A model generated the notes under the pieces. The model was given only the letters and a program-made list of their open reading frames with translations. It was not told the origin of the DNA and searched no databases. Below, one piece after another: positions 46,350 to 56,915 of a DNA stretch of 64,000 nucleotides (its first letter is position 1; every line of letters starts with the position of its first letter). The DNA lies in NCBI GenBank assembly GCA_965140445.1, contig OZ223236.1:1088001-1152000 (forward strand), given 5' to 3'. Origin of the DNA: Candidatus Ozemobacteraceae bacterium. Its GTDB lineage: Bacteria > Muiribacteriota > Ozemobacteria > Ozemobacterales > Ozemobacteraceae. The translations under genes and the position numbers were made by a program.

Positions 46350-47705
46350 TCAGAGTTTGCCTCTGGCTATTTTATCAATAACATTTCTGAGCAAATCTTG
46401 TTCTGCTGCTATTCCAATCCTCTGGGCACGACTTTGTCCAAGTTCATGATAATTTCTGCCATCTGGGCACACCAGCAGAGTTACTGAAACTTCTTTATCA
46501 AAGTATTTTTGGTTAAACTTTTTGGCAAAAGCTCTGAATTTTCCCGGGCGGGTATCAGCAGGCTTAAATCTAAAAATTTCGATAGGCTTTACCCGGTCAT
46601 TTTCTTTTGCAAATTTAACTGAGCAAAGGGCTGGAGCATAAAGCTTATTCCAGGTTCCTTTTATCATTTCTACCTGCAGCTTAACAGTTGTTGTGGCATA
46701 AGTTGGCTTAGGTTCAAGCTCTTTAAAGGTCAGTCCCTTCTTCTGTAACCATTCTTCCCAACTCAACTTCAAGTCTTCAAAGTAAAGATCTATCAGAACC
46801 AGTTTGTTTTTTTCTTTAACTTCGAGCCCATTAATATCCCTTTGAATAACAAATTCACAGCGCAATCCATTAATTTCTTTTAATAATTCAGGAGTTAACC
46901 ATGATTTTTCCTTGGGGGGAGTGATTTTCATTTCCGGTTTTTGGCCTTCCACAAAAGCGCCAGAAATTGTTCCATCTTCTTTTATAAGACCCATTTTGCC
47001 AGCCGCCCATCGGACTGGGTTAACTTCCACTATTTCACCATCGTAAGGGCGGTTCTTCAAAGCGCGAATTCTACGATCAATCTCAGCTTCTTTTGCCCTG
47101 ATAGAAGGAGGAATTACTCCTTTTGGTAATACGTCATAGATTGTTGTAACTCTTATGGTTGATAAATCTGGTTTTTTCGAGGTGGCAGCTGCTGGGCGTT
47201 TATTTTTTTCTTCTTTTATGCGTTCTTCTCGTATTGTGGTCAAATGTTTGCTATAAAGCACATCTCTCATATAGTCTTTATCTTCAAAGGCGGGGGTTTT
47301 GCTAACCTTAAATTTGTATCCCAACTTGCGAAGATAGCCTGTATAAGTCATTTTTATGTCTTTCAAATAGACATCAGAAGCATAATATAAGCCGCCTTGC
47401 TTTTTTGGTTTGCCAAGTCCGTCATGATAGAGATGAAAAATGGCTTGTTGCTCATTTATGCCTTTTTTTAACTGGTTTTTCAAAAATTCTGAGTCCACTT
47501 CGTCGCTAAACATTATTCGTGGAAGGCACACTCGTTCATTTTTGTCATCAATCTTGACTTGGGCTACCTGAAAAGAGCTTACTGAATTCCAGGTGCCGTT
47601 AACTGGTATTGTCGGCCCAAAAGCTAATGAGACATTATTTAATGAAGTTAAGCATACCAGCAGGATAAACCCAGCCAATATTCCCAATTGTTTTGAAAAT
47701 TTCAT
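46350..47705 (-). CDS. secreted hypothetical protein with internal domain repeats
   Basis: Signal peptide, GGGGGA SD; GTWN..VK...N[ED]RV occurs twice. Confidence 0.75.
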   Translation of the reverse strand: MKFSKQLGILAGFILLVCLTSLNNVSLAFGPTIPVNGTWNSVSSFQVAQVKIDDKNERVCLPRIMFSDEVDSEFLKNQLKKGINEQQAIFHLYHDGLGKPKKQGGLYYASDVYLKDIKMTYTGYLRKLGYKFKVSKTPAFEDKDYMRDVLYSKHLTTIREERIKEEKNKRPAAATSKKPDLSTIRVTTIYDVLPKGVIPPSIRAKEAEIDRRIRALKNRPYDGEIVEVNPVRWAAGKMGLIKEDGTISGAFVEGQKPEMKITPPKEKSWLTPELLKEINGLRCEFVIQRDINGLEVKEKNKLVLIDLYFEDLKLSWEEWLQKKGLTFKELEPKPTYATTTVKLQVEMIKGTWNKLYAPALCSVKFAKENDRVKPIEIFRFKPADTRPGKFRAFAKKFNQKYFDKEVSVTLLVCPDGRNYHELGQSRAQRIGIAAEQDLLRNVIDKIARGKL

Positions 47706-48071
47706 TCATTTCCCCCGTTTTATCGGTATCTATTAAGTATAACTGATTACTAATCACATTCAACTCACTCTTTTAAGTCTAAACAAATAAAGGTTAAAAG
47801 GTCTAATTCTAATTAAAAGATTTTCTGGGTATTTACAATAGCTCTATGTAAGCCATTAGAGCAGCACAAATTTATTTTCTAAAATTACTTTGTTTCTCTG
47901 GCAGATCAGTTTGTAGAATCTTTAACTGATAATCAAAAGCAGCAATTTATTAAAAGTTAAAAGCAAAAAAAGAAAGCGCCTCTGGATGTTTGCAAATTTT
48001 TATCTATATTTATCCTTCATACTGTATTACACCTGTGTTATCCTCTAAAAAAAATTAACCGGTGAAAAGAC

Positions 48072-50018
48072 ATGAGTGTAGGAAAAAAACAGGGATATCA
48101 AAAAGCCTGGCAGGTCCAGGTACCTGGAATCAAAATGTTTGATTCCACTACAGATAGGAGAGGGGTAGCAGCCTATTCTGACTCGGGAGTGCTTTATCTT
48201 TTTGACCACAATGGTAAAGAACTTTGGCATCGAGAGACTGGACTTAAGCTTGTTGACATTTCTTTGTCTGATACTCTTGAAATTCTCGCTATCGACAACG
48301 AAAAATATATGCACCTGTTCGGACTTGACGGAACCACACAGTGGCGAAAACGACCTTTTCCTACAGTTGCTGGAAAAATTTCAGCATCCGGGCAGTATAT
48401 GAGTTTTATCACTCCTGATCCGGCAATTATTTCTACCGATAGAGCTCTGCGAACCAGGTGGGTTTATAGAAATTTGTTGAAAAGACCGCTGACTCTTTGC
48501 ATTTCTGATCAAGGGCAAACCACAGCTTTCCCTTGCGCAGATGATAGAGGAGAAGGTATTGGTGCCGTATCCCAAACTGGAAATCCATATGACGCATTCA
48601 TGGGAATCGATCCGGTAATTTCGATTGATGTTGCTGAAGATGGCCAGAATGTACTGGCTCTTGATAAGAATGGCGGGATTTTTTGTATCAATTTTGTAAA
48701 AAGCTTTGGAGTCTGGAAAGGCCAGATTAATTCAGATTTTAACGGTGTATCCTATGCAAGCCTTTCTGGTGAATCACTCGTTTATTCCAGAGACGGGCTT
48801 GTGACGAAGCTGGATGAAAAAGGCGTGCCTGCATGGGAACACAGGTTTTCCGACAGAATTCTAAAAGCGGTTTTAAGCTCGGACTCTCAGGCAATTTACT
48901 ACGCAACCGAGCGTGGAGAAGTTGGTTGTTTAAAAGCTAATACGGGTCAGATTGTTAATCGTCTTGAATTTTTGGAGATTGATGTTCCCGCACCTCTGCC
49001 CGAGAACAAAAGCGAGTTTGTAAAACTTTGGAACGTGGAATTACCCTCCAGATCACCACTGGCAAAGCCTTCTGTGCACCCATGGAAAGGTTCTGAAGGG
49101 GTGGAGTATTTCCTCGTTTGGGATGGAAAAGACAGACTTGTATGTTTGAACGATGTCGGTGAGGAAGTTTGGGAAAATCGGCAAACAGGAATTGATGTTT
49201 TCGCAGTTTCAGTGTCACCCGAGACCGATACTGCTGTGTTGGCAACTTCCAAGGGAATTATTGGCTTTGATTTGTCTGGCTATGAAAAATTCAAATTTTT
49301 TGGAAATTTTTCTGATTTACATCTTTTCCAAAACGAAGCATTGGTTTTGTTGGATAACCGTAGTCAGGTTAAATATTATCAGAACCCCAAGCATTTTTCC
49401 CACGTCCTGAAGACTCCCGAAAAAATTCTGGAAATCATTGGAAACTCTGATTCAGCATATTTAATCGGAGAGCAGAATTTGTACAAGGTTGCTAATACAG
49501 GAGAATTAGTTGCTACCTGGTCGCTCCCGGCTAAAATAAACTCGGCAAAACTTATTGAAAATGGCCGGCTTATCCTTATTGGAACAAGCGGGGGCCACGC
49601 ATTGATCCTCAATGAGGATTTTGAGGAAATCTTCAATTATGAATTGAAGGAGCCTGTTATTCTGGTTGAGTATAATGCGCAGGAAGAAACTGTTTTTGCT
49701 GTCACAATGAACTCTGATGAGGTTCTGACTTTGCAATGCCGAACGGGAGAAATGACCAGAACCAAACTGACCGGTAGACTAAAATATTCTGCCTCAAGCG
49801 AATTTGGAGCAATTCTGGGCACAGAAATGGATCAACTCGGTTTAATCGGCAATAAGGGTGAGCTTCTTGCCAGATACACTTTCCCCGATAAAATTGTTCG
49901 GCTGAGAAGCTGTTGCGAAAATGGAAGATTTCTGGTTCTCTCGGAAGAGTCTGTAAGCTTCTATACAACTTCAAACTCAAGTGTTGAGCACGGAACCATG
50001 AGCTTTCTGGAAATTTAA
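48072..50018 (+). CDS. WD40/PQQ-like beta-propeller protein
   Basis: Repeated ~40-aa blades (lfD..G...W) in two halves; no signal peptide. Confidence 0.75.
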   Translation: MSVGKKQGYQKAWQVQVPGIKMFDSTTDRRGVAAYSDSGVLYLFDHNGKELWHRETGLKLVDISLSDTLEILAIDNEKYMHLFGLDGTTQWRKRPFPTVAGKISASGQYMSFITPDPAIISTDRALRTRWVYRNLLKRPLTLCISDQGQTTAFPCADDRGEGIGAVSQTGNPYDAFMGIDPVISIDVAEDGQNVLALDKNGGIFCINFVKSFGVWKGQINSDFNGVSYASLSGESLVYSRDGLVTKLDEKGVPAWEHRFSDRILKAVLSSDSQAIYYATERGEVGCLKANTGQIVNRLEFLEIDVPAPLPENKSEFVKLWNVELPSRSPLAKPSVHPWKGSEGVEYFLVWDGKDRLVCLNDVGEEVWENRQTGIDVFAVSVSPETDTAVLATSKGIIGFDLSGYEKFKFFGNFSDLHLFQNEALVLLDNRSQVKYYQNPKHFSHVLKTPEKILEIIGNSDSAYLIGEQNLYKVANTGELVATWSLPAKINSAKLIENGRLILIGTSGGHALILNEDFEEIFNYELKEPVILVEYNAQEETVFAVTMNSDEVLTLQCRTGEMTRTKLTGRLKYSASSEFGAILGTEMDQLGLIGNKGELLARYTFPDKIVRLRSCCENGRFLVLSEESVSFYTTSNSSVEHGTMSFLEI

Positions 50019-50480
50019 ATGAAACAAAATATCGAAGAATTTGTTATTGCTGATCCACAAGATTGGAAGCTTCTTGAAATGATTTCTGAGGTCGATCAGG
50101 AAGGCTTTGGGGTGGATGGCATAAGTCCTTTTAATCTTTCCATGTTTGCTAGAGCAGGTTATGTCATGGCCCTTATTTCTGATGGAAAGGTTGCTGCGGA
50201 AGCTGTTCTTTTGCGAGGCCATGAGCCGGATACTGGTTTTGTCTTCGGATTTGCATCCTCTGTTGCTTTCAGAGGGCAAGGCAAGGGAACCATTCTTATG
50301 CAGCACATGATAGATTTTGCCCATTCAGTGGGAATGGTTCGATTAGAATTGACGGTAAATCCTGAAAATCCTTTGGCTATTAAGCTTTATCAGGAAAAAT
50401 ACGGATTTGTAAAAATAGAAGACCTCAAAAGTCACCCTGAAAAACACGAGCCAAGAATTCTTATGCAAAAAAAACTTTAG
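50019..50480 (+). CDS. GNAT acetyltransferase
   Basis: FRGQGKGT, LTVNPEN..AIKLY..YGF. Confidence 0.9.
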   Translation: MKQNIEEFVIADPQDWKLLEMISEVDQEGFGVDGISPFNLSMFARAGYVMALISDGKVAAEAVLLRGHEPDTGFVFGFASSVAFRGQGKGTILMQHMIDFAHSVGMVRLELTVNPENPLAIKLYQEKYGFVKIEDLKSHPEKHEPRILMQKKL

Positions 50481-50534
50481 ACTGCACGGAAAGTAGTGTA
50501 AAGTAGAAAAAAATAGGTTTCGCGAGCGGGTGCT

Positions 50535-51629
50535 ATGAAAGTAAAAATTCTTTTTTTTGTAATACTTCTAGGTTTCGCCTCCCTTAATTGTTGGGCTGAA
50601 GTGGCTTCAGAGACTATCAAAGGCGCACATTCTTTTTCTATTGTAGATGCTTTAAATCGAAAAATTGAATTGAAAAGTGCACCTGAAAAAATCATAGTGG
50701 CAGGAAAAGCTGGTTTTATGATTACCAATGCAGCTTTTCTGTTTCCTTCAGCTTCTGACAAACTGATTGGGTATTCCAAAACCTATCAAATGAAAGATTT
50801 GGAATCATTTTTCAAAATGGTTGATGATAGATATGATGAAAAGCAATTGATTGATCACAATGTTGGGATAGAGCAAATTGCTGCAATGAATCCTGATCTT
50901 GTTCTAATGAAGACATTTGAGTCTTCAAAGTTTCAGAAAGGCTTTGAGCAATTAGGAATTCCAGTTGCATTTTTTGATATGGAAACCCCGGAAAAGTTTC
51001 TTAAGGAAATTCACGTTCTCGGAGAGATTTTTGGGAATAAAAAGCAAAGCACGAAGATCGTAGATTTTTATGAAAAGTGGCAAAAGATAATCGGAGAAGC
51101 TGTTTCTGCAATTCCAGCTGAAAAAGAAAAGTTAAATGTTCTGCATATTTTTTACTCTGATCGAGGCGGTTCTGTTTCATTTAATGTTGCTCCAGATAGC
51201 TGGATACAGATCAAATTGATAACTATGGCTGGCGGAAATCCAGTTTGGAAAAACTCTAATCCTGGTGGCGGCTGGCTGGTTGTTGGATTTGATCAGATTG
51301 CTGCATGGGACCCTGACATTGTTCTGGTGACTTCATACTTTGGAGACCTGGTTCAGGCAAAAGCAAATTTAGCGGATAACAATTTTTGGAAACTGCTAAA
51401 GGCAGTAGAAAACAAGCATATTTATGCTGTACCAGAAGATTTTTTGAGTTGGGATCAGCCGGATTCACGATGGATTTTGGGGCTATTTTGGATGGCAACA
51501 AAATTCTCTCCAGAAGCGGCAAAAATTCTTAATGGTAAGTTCAACGAAATCTATACCGAATTTTATCACCTATATGGATTACGAGAAGACCAGATTGCAG
51601 AAATCAAGATTAAGGGGGATATTTTCTGA
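50535..51629 (+). CDS. Fe-siderophore/cobalamin ABC substrate-binding protein
   Basis: Signal peptide, IVDALNR, EQIAAMNPDLV, AWDPD, LKAVENK.IY. Confidence 0.9.
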   Translation: MKVKILFFVILLGFASLNCWAEVASETIKGAHSFSIVDALNRKIELKSAPEKIIVAGKAGFMITNAAFLFPSASDKLIGYSKTYQMKDLESFFKMVDDRYDEKQLIDHNVGIEQIAAMNPDLVLMKTFESSKFQKGFEQLGIPVAFFDMETPEKFLKEIHVLGEIFGNKKQSTKIVDFYEKWQKIIGEAVSAIPAEKEKLNVLHIFYSDRGGSVSFNVAPDSWIQIKLITMAGGNPVWKNSNPGGGWLVVGFDQIAAWDPDIVLVTSYFGDLVQAKANLADNNFWKLLKAVENKHIYAVPEDFLSWDQPDSRWILGLFWMATKFSPEAAKILNGKFNEIYTEFYHLYGLREDQIAEIKIKGDIF

Positions 51630-52642
51630 AAAAGCTCTCCCCGAAAACAGGACTCCCAAATTTTAGAGTCCATTTTTTTGTATTACTTATTGTGCTGGTT
51701 GGTTTAATGTTTTTTTCAGCTTTGATTGGAAGATATCCTGATAGCGGCTGGGTTTCGCCGGGATTACTTGAAACTAACAAAATGGCACAAAACATTGTTT
51801 GGAATATAAGAACCCCAAGAATAATAGTCGCAGTTTTGTTGGGAATGAGCCTGGCTGTTTCCGGAAATGTAATGCAAATGATTTTTGGGAATCCTCTTGT
51901 AAATCCCGGCTTTTTGGGAGTTTCCCAGGGTGCAGCTTTTGGAGCAGCTTTATGTATTTTGTATTTTGGAAATTCAGCGTTTTCTATACAGCTTGTTTCT
52001 GCTCTATTTGCATGTTTAGGTCTTGCAATATCTTATTACATTGCATGGAAAATTAAGTTTGGTTCCTGGATTCTCCGGCTTATTCTCTCTGGAATCTCGG
52101 TTTCTGCCATTTTTGCTTCAATGCTTGGACTAATGAAATTCATTGCAGATCCAACCCACCAGCTTTCAGAAATAACTTTCTGGCTTCTGGGGGGATTGAG
52201 TGCAATCTCATGGGACGAAGTTTTTCGCATTTTACCTGTCGTACTCCCATCTTTGGTTATTGTTTACCTTTTTAGATGGAGATTAAATCTGCTTGCGCTG
52301 AAAGAGTCTTCAGCTTTTTCGCTGGGTGTTTCAGTAAATTTTGAACGATTCTGTTTACTTGGACTGGCTGTCCTTATGTCAGCAGCAGTAACTGCTGTGG
52401 CTGGTTTGGTCGGTTGGGTGGGACTTATTGTTCCGCATCTTTCCAGAAGAATTTTTGGTGCAGATGCTAATTTTTCTGTTCCTGGAAGTATTTTGCTTGG
52501 TGGAATAATCGTTTTGGCATGTGATGACTTTTGTCGAACAATTTTTCCCGGCGAAATTCCTCTTGGAATAGCAACGTCTCTTGTTGGCGCGATAGCTTTT
52601 CTGGTAATCATGACTACTGGAAACAGAATCACGAAAGAGTAA
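51626..52642 (+). CDS. FecCD/BtuC family ABC permease
   Basis: IRTPRI, Q.IFGNPL.PGFLGVSQGA, WLLG, GWVGLIVPH, GEIPLG. Probable CTG start at 51626 (track start 51692). Confidence 0.92.
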   Translation: MKKLSPKTGLPNFRVHFFVLLIVLVGLMFFSALIGRYPDSGWVSPGLLETNKMAQNIVWNIRTPRIIVAVLLGMSLAVSGNVMQMIFGNPLVNPGFLGVSQGAAFGAALCILYFGNSAFSIQLVSALFACLGLAISYYIAWKIKFGSWILRLILSGISVSAIFASMLGLMKFIADPTHQLSEITFWLLGGLSAISWDEVFRILPVVLPSLVIVYLFRWRLNLLALKESSAFSLGVSVNFERFCLLGLAVLMSAAVTAVAGLVGWVGLIVPHLSRRIFGADANFSVPGSILLGGIIVLACDDFCRTIFPGEIPLGIATSLVGAIAFLVIMTTGNRITKE

Positions 52643-52643
52643 A

Positions 52644-53414
52644 GTGAATATGCTTAGTTTTAAAAAAGTAAAATTTGGGTATCCAGGAGCTATGAAACTG
52701 GTGCTGAACGACTTTAACCTAAATATTCAGCCCGGTAGCGTTACTGCTATTCTTGGACCAAATGGAACTGGTAAAACTACTATGCTGATGCTTTCATTAG
52801 GCTGGCTAAAGCCAGAAAGTGGCGAAATTTGTCTGCTTGGAAATCCCATTTCCAAAATAGATCGAAAGGAACTTGGACAAAAAATTAGCTTGGTTCCACA
52901 GTTTGAGCACCTGAGTTTTGACTATACTTTATTAGAATACGTGGTTCTTGGAAGAGCACCATATTTGGGACTTTTACAGTCCCCAACCCAGGAAGATCTT
53001 AATGTTGCTAATGCAGCTCTTGAAAGAGTAGGAATGGGGCAATATTCCCATAAACTTGTTCAAGAGCTCAGTGGGGGAGAAAAACAGCTGGTTTTGCTGG
53101 CAAGGGCTTTGGCTCAGGATACTGAAATTGTCCTCCTCGATGAACCAACCTCCCATCTGGATATAAAAAATAAATCCCGGTTACTTAAAATTTTGAAAGA
53201 GCTTATCTCAGAAAATAAAACCATAATTTTGACTACCCATGAGCCAGATGTGGCATCAATGATTGCAACAGATTTAATTCTTGTAAAAGATGGGCAGGTT
53301 GAAAAACATGGAAAAATCAATGAGGTTATGACAACTGAGAATCTTTCAAGTGTTTACGGCCTGGAAGTTATTGTGGAACATTGTTGGGGACATAAGGTTT
53401 TTCTCTGGAATTAG
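52644..53414 (+). CDS. ABC transporter ATP-binding subunit (FecE-like)
   Basis: GPNGTGKT, LSGGEKQ, LLDEPTSHLD. Confidence 0.95.
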   Translation: MNMLSFKKVKFGYPGAMKLVLNDFNLNIQPGSVTAILGPNGTGKTTMLMLSLGWLKPESGEICLLGNPISKIDRKELGQKISLVPQFEHLSFDYTLLEYVVLGRAPYLGLLQSPTQEDLNVANAALERVGMGQYSHKLVQELSGGEKQLVLLARALAQDTEIVLLDEPTSHLDIKNKSRLLKILKELISENKTIILTTHEPDVASMIATDLILVKDGQVEKHGKINEVMTTENLSSVYGLEVIVEHCWGHKVFLWN

Positions 53415-53565
53415 TGCCCGGCTTGAGATAATTTTAAACTGATAAGTGAACGTAAAGTTTTGTAAAGCATGCTTTAAAAGCCATAAAAGGGCAAGTTTGC
53501 CTTGCGCTGTTACGTGTACATTGCTATCATTGTAGATAACAGCAAGCAATCTCAGGAGAAAAAAT

Positions 53566-55305
53566 ATGGTTAATCAAATTCATAAAAGGTCTGGTGTAGC
53601 ACTCTTTTTCACTATATGTACAATCGTAGTGATAAGCGTTATAGTCTATGGAATGGTCTTTTTCATGCGTGGAGAAGTTCACCATTCTCAGAGCTATGTT
53701 GATTCAACCGTTGCTTTGATGCTTGCTGAAGCAGGAGTTGAAGAAACTCTTTTTACTGTAAAAAGTCAGATGAACGATCCTGAAAATGCTTTTTACAAAC
53801 TTATCACCGAAGCGGATGAAGGATCAGTTGACGTAGATCTTTCCAGAATTTCAAATGGCTCTGAAGGAGTTGCTCCGCTGATGAAAGGCGGTAGTGTAAA
53901 GGCAAAATTGACCTGGAAACTTGATCAAAAGGCTTTTCTGGATTTGGTTTCCAAAGGTGTCCCCAAAGAAATTGCACGCCAGGGAACTGTTGTAATTAAT
54001 TCCATGGGTGTTTTTCATAAAAGCAAAAAACAGGTTGAAGTAAAAAAAGAATTGAAAGCGATGCTCGTAAAAGGACCTGTTTCAGAAAACTCCCTTGGTA
54101 TGATTGCTCCAGATCATGGACTTTTTCTAAATGCAGCACACCACGATTCTTTTAAAATTGAATCTTTCGACTTTTGGGATCCATGGGGATTTATAGTTAA
54201 GGGCGGAAAAGCCTACATGAAAAATGGTGAAAAGGTCGATTTGCCTAAATGGTTGATGTTAACAAAAATGAAGGGCGAACTTGATCATCCTTGGCTTGAC
54301 ATGGGAATTGGCTGGACTGGATGGAACGGTGGAGCGGATTTTACTGACACTGAACTTGAGTTTACCAAAGACCCCATTACTCGTCAGTATTATAAGTGGC
54401 AGGGAATTTTCCATTGGCCCTGGTGGCAAAAGACCGCTGCTGAAAAATACCATTCAAAAACTCAGCAGGTTGAAGAATATGATAGTAAAAAAATTAACCT
54501 TTACACAGCTGATGTGTATAAGAGACTTGCAAACAGGGTTGTTGACCCTGAAGCCAATCCGTCACAGGGTAAGTTTTTCACTGATGTAAATTTTGTTGAG
54601 GCTTTCGGCCGAAACGAAGTTACCTATAAAAAAGTTGTGCCCCTCTACGGATGGGGAGATTGGAGAGCTGTTCCAAATAAATATAGCCGATGGTTTGGAA
54701 ATCCTACAAAAGCTCACGATACTTCTCGTGCTGTAGAAATCAACGGTTTAACCTACATTAAGGGCGATGTCTACCTCGAGGGATGGGTTAAAGGTAAAGG
54801 CTTACTTGTAGTTGAAGGTAACATATATGTTGGTGGTGACGTTTTAACTTTGCCAGATGATGCGGGTCGTGAGTCCTCAGTCGGAATTATTGCCCTTAGA
54901 GACAAGACATGGGATACTTCTGTTGAGAATCCTAAGACTGGGAAAATTATTTATAAACCTCATCATGACAGTGATTGGTCAAGATTCAATCTTACCCACC
55001 CATTTAGAAATTTAAGTCCAAGGCTTGAGGGATGCTTCCATGCAGAGGGCGGATTAGAACTTGAAACTGACTCTTCAATGAAAAAGCTTTGTAACATGGA
55101 TATTGTGGGGAATCTTTCTGTTGATTACTTTGATCGAAGAAGAATGCCAAATGATATTCGAATTACTTACTATGATTGGCAGAAAACCCTTGAGAGATCT
55201 GACTATGATTACACTGTTGATCGTAAAATCGATTATACCAAGCTTTATGAGCTTGCCATTCAAAAGGAAATGCTCAGCTGGAAAGAAGTTGACGCAACTT
55301 TATAG
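53566..55305 (+). CDS. PilX/GspK-like N-terminus large hypothetical protein
   Basis: KRSG|VAL plus hydrophobic helix and LAEAGVE motif; C-terminal GLTYIKGDV/GLLVVEGNI beta-helix-like repeats. Confidence 0.65.
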   Translation: MVNQIHKRSGVALFFTICTIVVISVIVYGMVFFMRGEVHHSQSYVDSTVALMLAEAGVEETLFTVKSQMNDPENAFYKLITEADEGSVDVDLSRISNGSEGVAPLMKGGSVKAKLTWKLDQKAFLDLVSKGVPKEIARQGTVVINSMGVFHKSKKQVEVKKELKAMLVKGPVSENSLGMIAPDHGLFLNAAHHDSFKIESFDFWDPWGFIVKGGKAYMKNGEKVDLPKWLMLTKMKGELDHPWLDMGIGWTGWNGGADFTDTELEFTKDPITRQYYKWQGIFHWPWWQKTAAEKYHSKTQQVEEYDSKKINLYTADVYKRLANRVVDPEANPSQGKFFTDVNFVEAFGRNEVTYKKVVPLYGWGDWRAVPNKYSRWFGNPTKAHDTSRAVEINGLTYIKGDVYLEGWVKGKGLLVVEGNIYVGGDVLTLPDDAGRESSVGIIALRDKTWDTSVENPKTGKIIYKPHHDSDWSRFNLTHPFRNLSPRLEGCFHAEGGLELETDSSMKKLCNMDIVGNLSVDYFDRRRMPNDIRITYYDWQKTLERSDYDYTVDRKIDYTKLYELAIQKEMLSWKEVDATL

Positions 55306-55315
55306 TTCTTAAATG

Positions 55316-55354
55316 TTAACCCCACCGTTTTAAATGGTGGGGTTAATTTTTTTT
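55316..55354 (+). terminator. intrinsic terminator
   Basis: TTAACCCCACCG-loop-TGGTGGGGTTAA-T8. Confidence 0.88.
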
Positions 55355-55412
55355 AGGCGCTTAATTGTTTGCTTTTATTGAATTCTATTTATTGCTGGAA
55401 TATTATCGAATC

Positions 55413-56915
55413 ATGAGCAACAAACGCGGATTTTTTTTATTGCGGATTATTCCTAAAACACTTTTAGGAAGGATTTTCTGGGGAACTTTTTTTGTTTCTT
55501 TTGCTTCGATTTTGATTATCGGCTCCTGGTTTTACTTTAGGGTCTATTCAGCATTAGATAATGAGGCTACCTCTCGTCTTGGAAATGTTGCTAATTTAAT
55601 TTCCATTAATGTTAAGACTATCTCTGAAGATCAAACTAGTGATGTTTCGGAATCTCAAAGATTTGACGAGCTTTCTGGAATAGTAAACAATAGTGGCGGA
55701 TGGCTTCAAAATATTTATTGGATCGATCTTTCGAAGAAAAAACCCAGATTTATAGCATCATTTTCCGCTAATATAAAAAACAGAAAATCAATGGTGCCAC
55801 CAACGGCCGAAGAAGCAGAAGATATTATTTATGACCACATAAATGACCTTGAAAGAGGAGAGATTGTTTTTCCAGATCCTTATTCTTATAGCGCTTCAAG
55901 AAGATTTAAAATGGTTTTGATCCCTTTTCTTGATTCTTTTCAGATGCTTGATACAGTTGTGGGAATCGAGGCTGACATGCAGTATTTAAATATTTTCATG
56001 AAGCTTAGAGGGCACATCCTGGAGGCTTTATTACTTACTTTTTTCCTCAGCATTTTGATTTCATTCGTATTGGCTTCAAATCTAAATTCTAAGATTTTAA
56101 GCCTGCTTAAAGAGTTATCAATAGTTGAAGAGGGAAAAATACCTGAAATAAATGACTTGAGGGTTCAAGAATTGAACATGCTTCAAAAGGGTATTGTTGA
56201 ATTAGGGCAAAGAATCGAGGATAGGAAAATCCAGCTAAAAGAAGTTTATGAAAGCAAATTTGAGGATCTTAGCTTAATGGGTGGAGCTATTGCTCACGAA
56301 ATAAGAAATCCGCTGTCTGCTATTGAGATGCATTTTGGCTTAATCAGAAGAGTTTTTAAAAAAGCAGAAATAGCTGAACCAGAATCTGTTTTTGAAGTTG
56401 CTGAACAATTGAATAATTTGAAAGCCTTGATTGAGAAGTTTTTAAGTTATACAAGGCGCATTGAGACTGAACTGGAAAAAATTCCATTTAAAGAAGCTAT
56501 TGAGCAAGTTGCTAAAAGCATTAATTGTGAGGGAAAGTGGAGCTTTAAAGTTGATGCTCCGGAAACTGAAACAGTTCTCATGGATAAATCAATGTTTAAG
56601 CAAATCTTTGAAAACCTTTTCAAGAATTCGATAGAAGCTTCAACTGGGGAAATAGAGATAAAAGCTTCATTAAGTAGAAAAGAAAATGTTTCTATTATTC
56701 GTTTTGCGGACAATGGAACAGGAATTCCTGAAAATGTTCAAAAGCAATTGTTTATGCCTTTTATAACAGGTAAAAAAAATGGGAATGGCATTGGGCTCAC
56801 CTTAATTCGAAAATTTGTAGAAGCTCATCGAGGAAAAATCTATCTTGATGATAAAACAGATAGTGGTACAGTGTTTGTAATTGAGGTTCCAAAAAATGAA
56901 AATCCTGATTGTTGA
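55413..56915 (+). CDS. membrane sensor histidine kinase
   Basis: Two TMs flanking a periplasmic domain; AHEIRNPL H-box; N, DNGTGI, F and GNGIGL boxes. Confidence 0.94.
   Translation: MSNKRGFFLLRIIPKTLLGRIFWGTFFVSFASILIIGSWFYFRVYSALDNEATSRLGNVANLISINVKTISEDQTSDVSESQRFDELSGIVNNSGGWLQNIYWIDLSKKKPRFIASFSANIKNRKSMVPPTAEEAEDIIYDHINDLERGEIVFPDPYSYSASRRFKMVLIPFLDSFQMLDTVVGIEADMQYLNIFMKLRGHILEALLLTFFLSILISFVLASNLNSKILSLLKELSIVEEGKIPEINDLRVQELNMLQKGIVELGQRIEDRKIQLKEVYESKFEDLSLMGGAIAHEIRNPLSAIEMHFGLIRRVFKKAEIAEPESVFEVAEQLNNLKALIEKFLSYTRRIETELEKIPFKEAIEQVAKSINCEGKWSFKVDAPETETVLMDKSMFKQIFENLFKNSIEASTGEIEIKASLSRKENVSIIRFADNGTGIPENVQKQLFMPFITGKKNGNGIGLTLIRKFVEAHRGKIYLDDKTDSGTVFVIEVPKNENPDC

Noticed and set aside
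47706..48071. Possible ncRNA or tRNA in the long AT-rich intergenic region
   Set aside because: No cloverleaf or stable stems recognised; consistent with divergent promoters.
50481..50534. Cobalamin riboswitch or Fur box before the ABC transporter
   Set aside because: Intergenic region is only ~54 nt and shows no matching motif.
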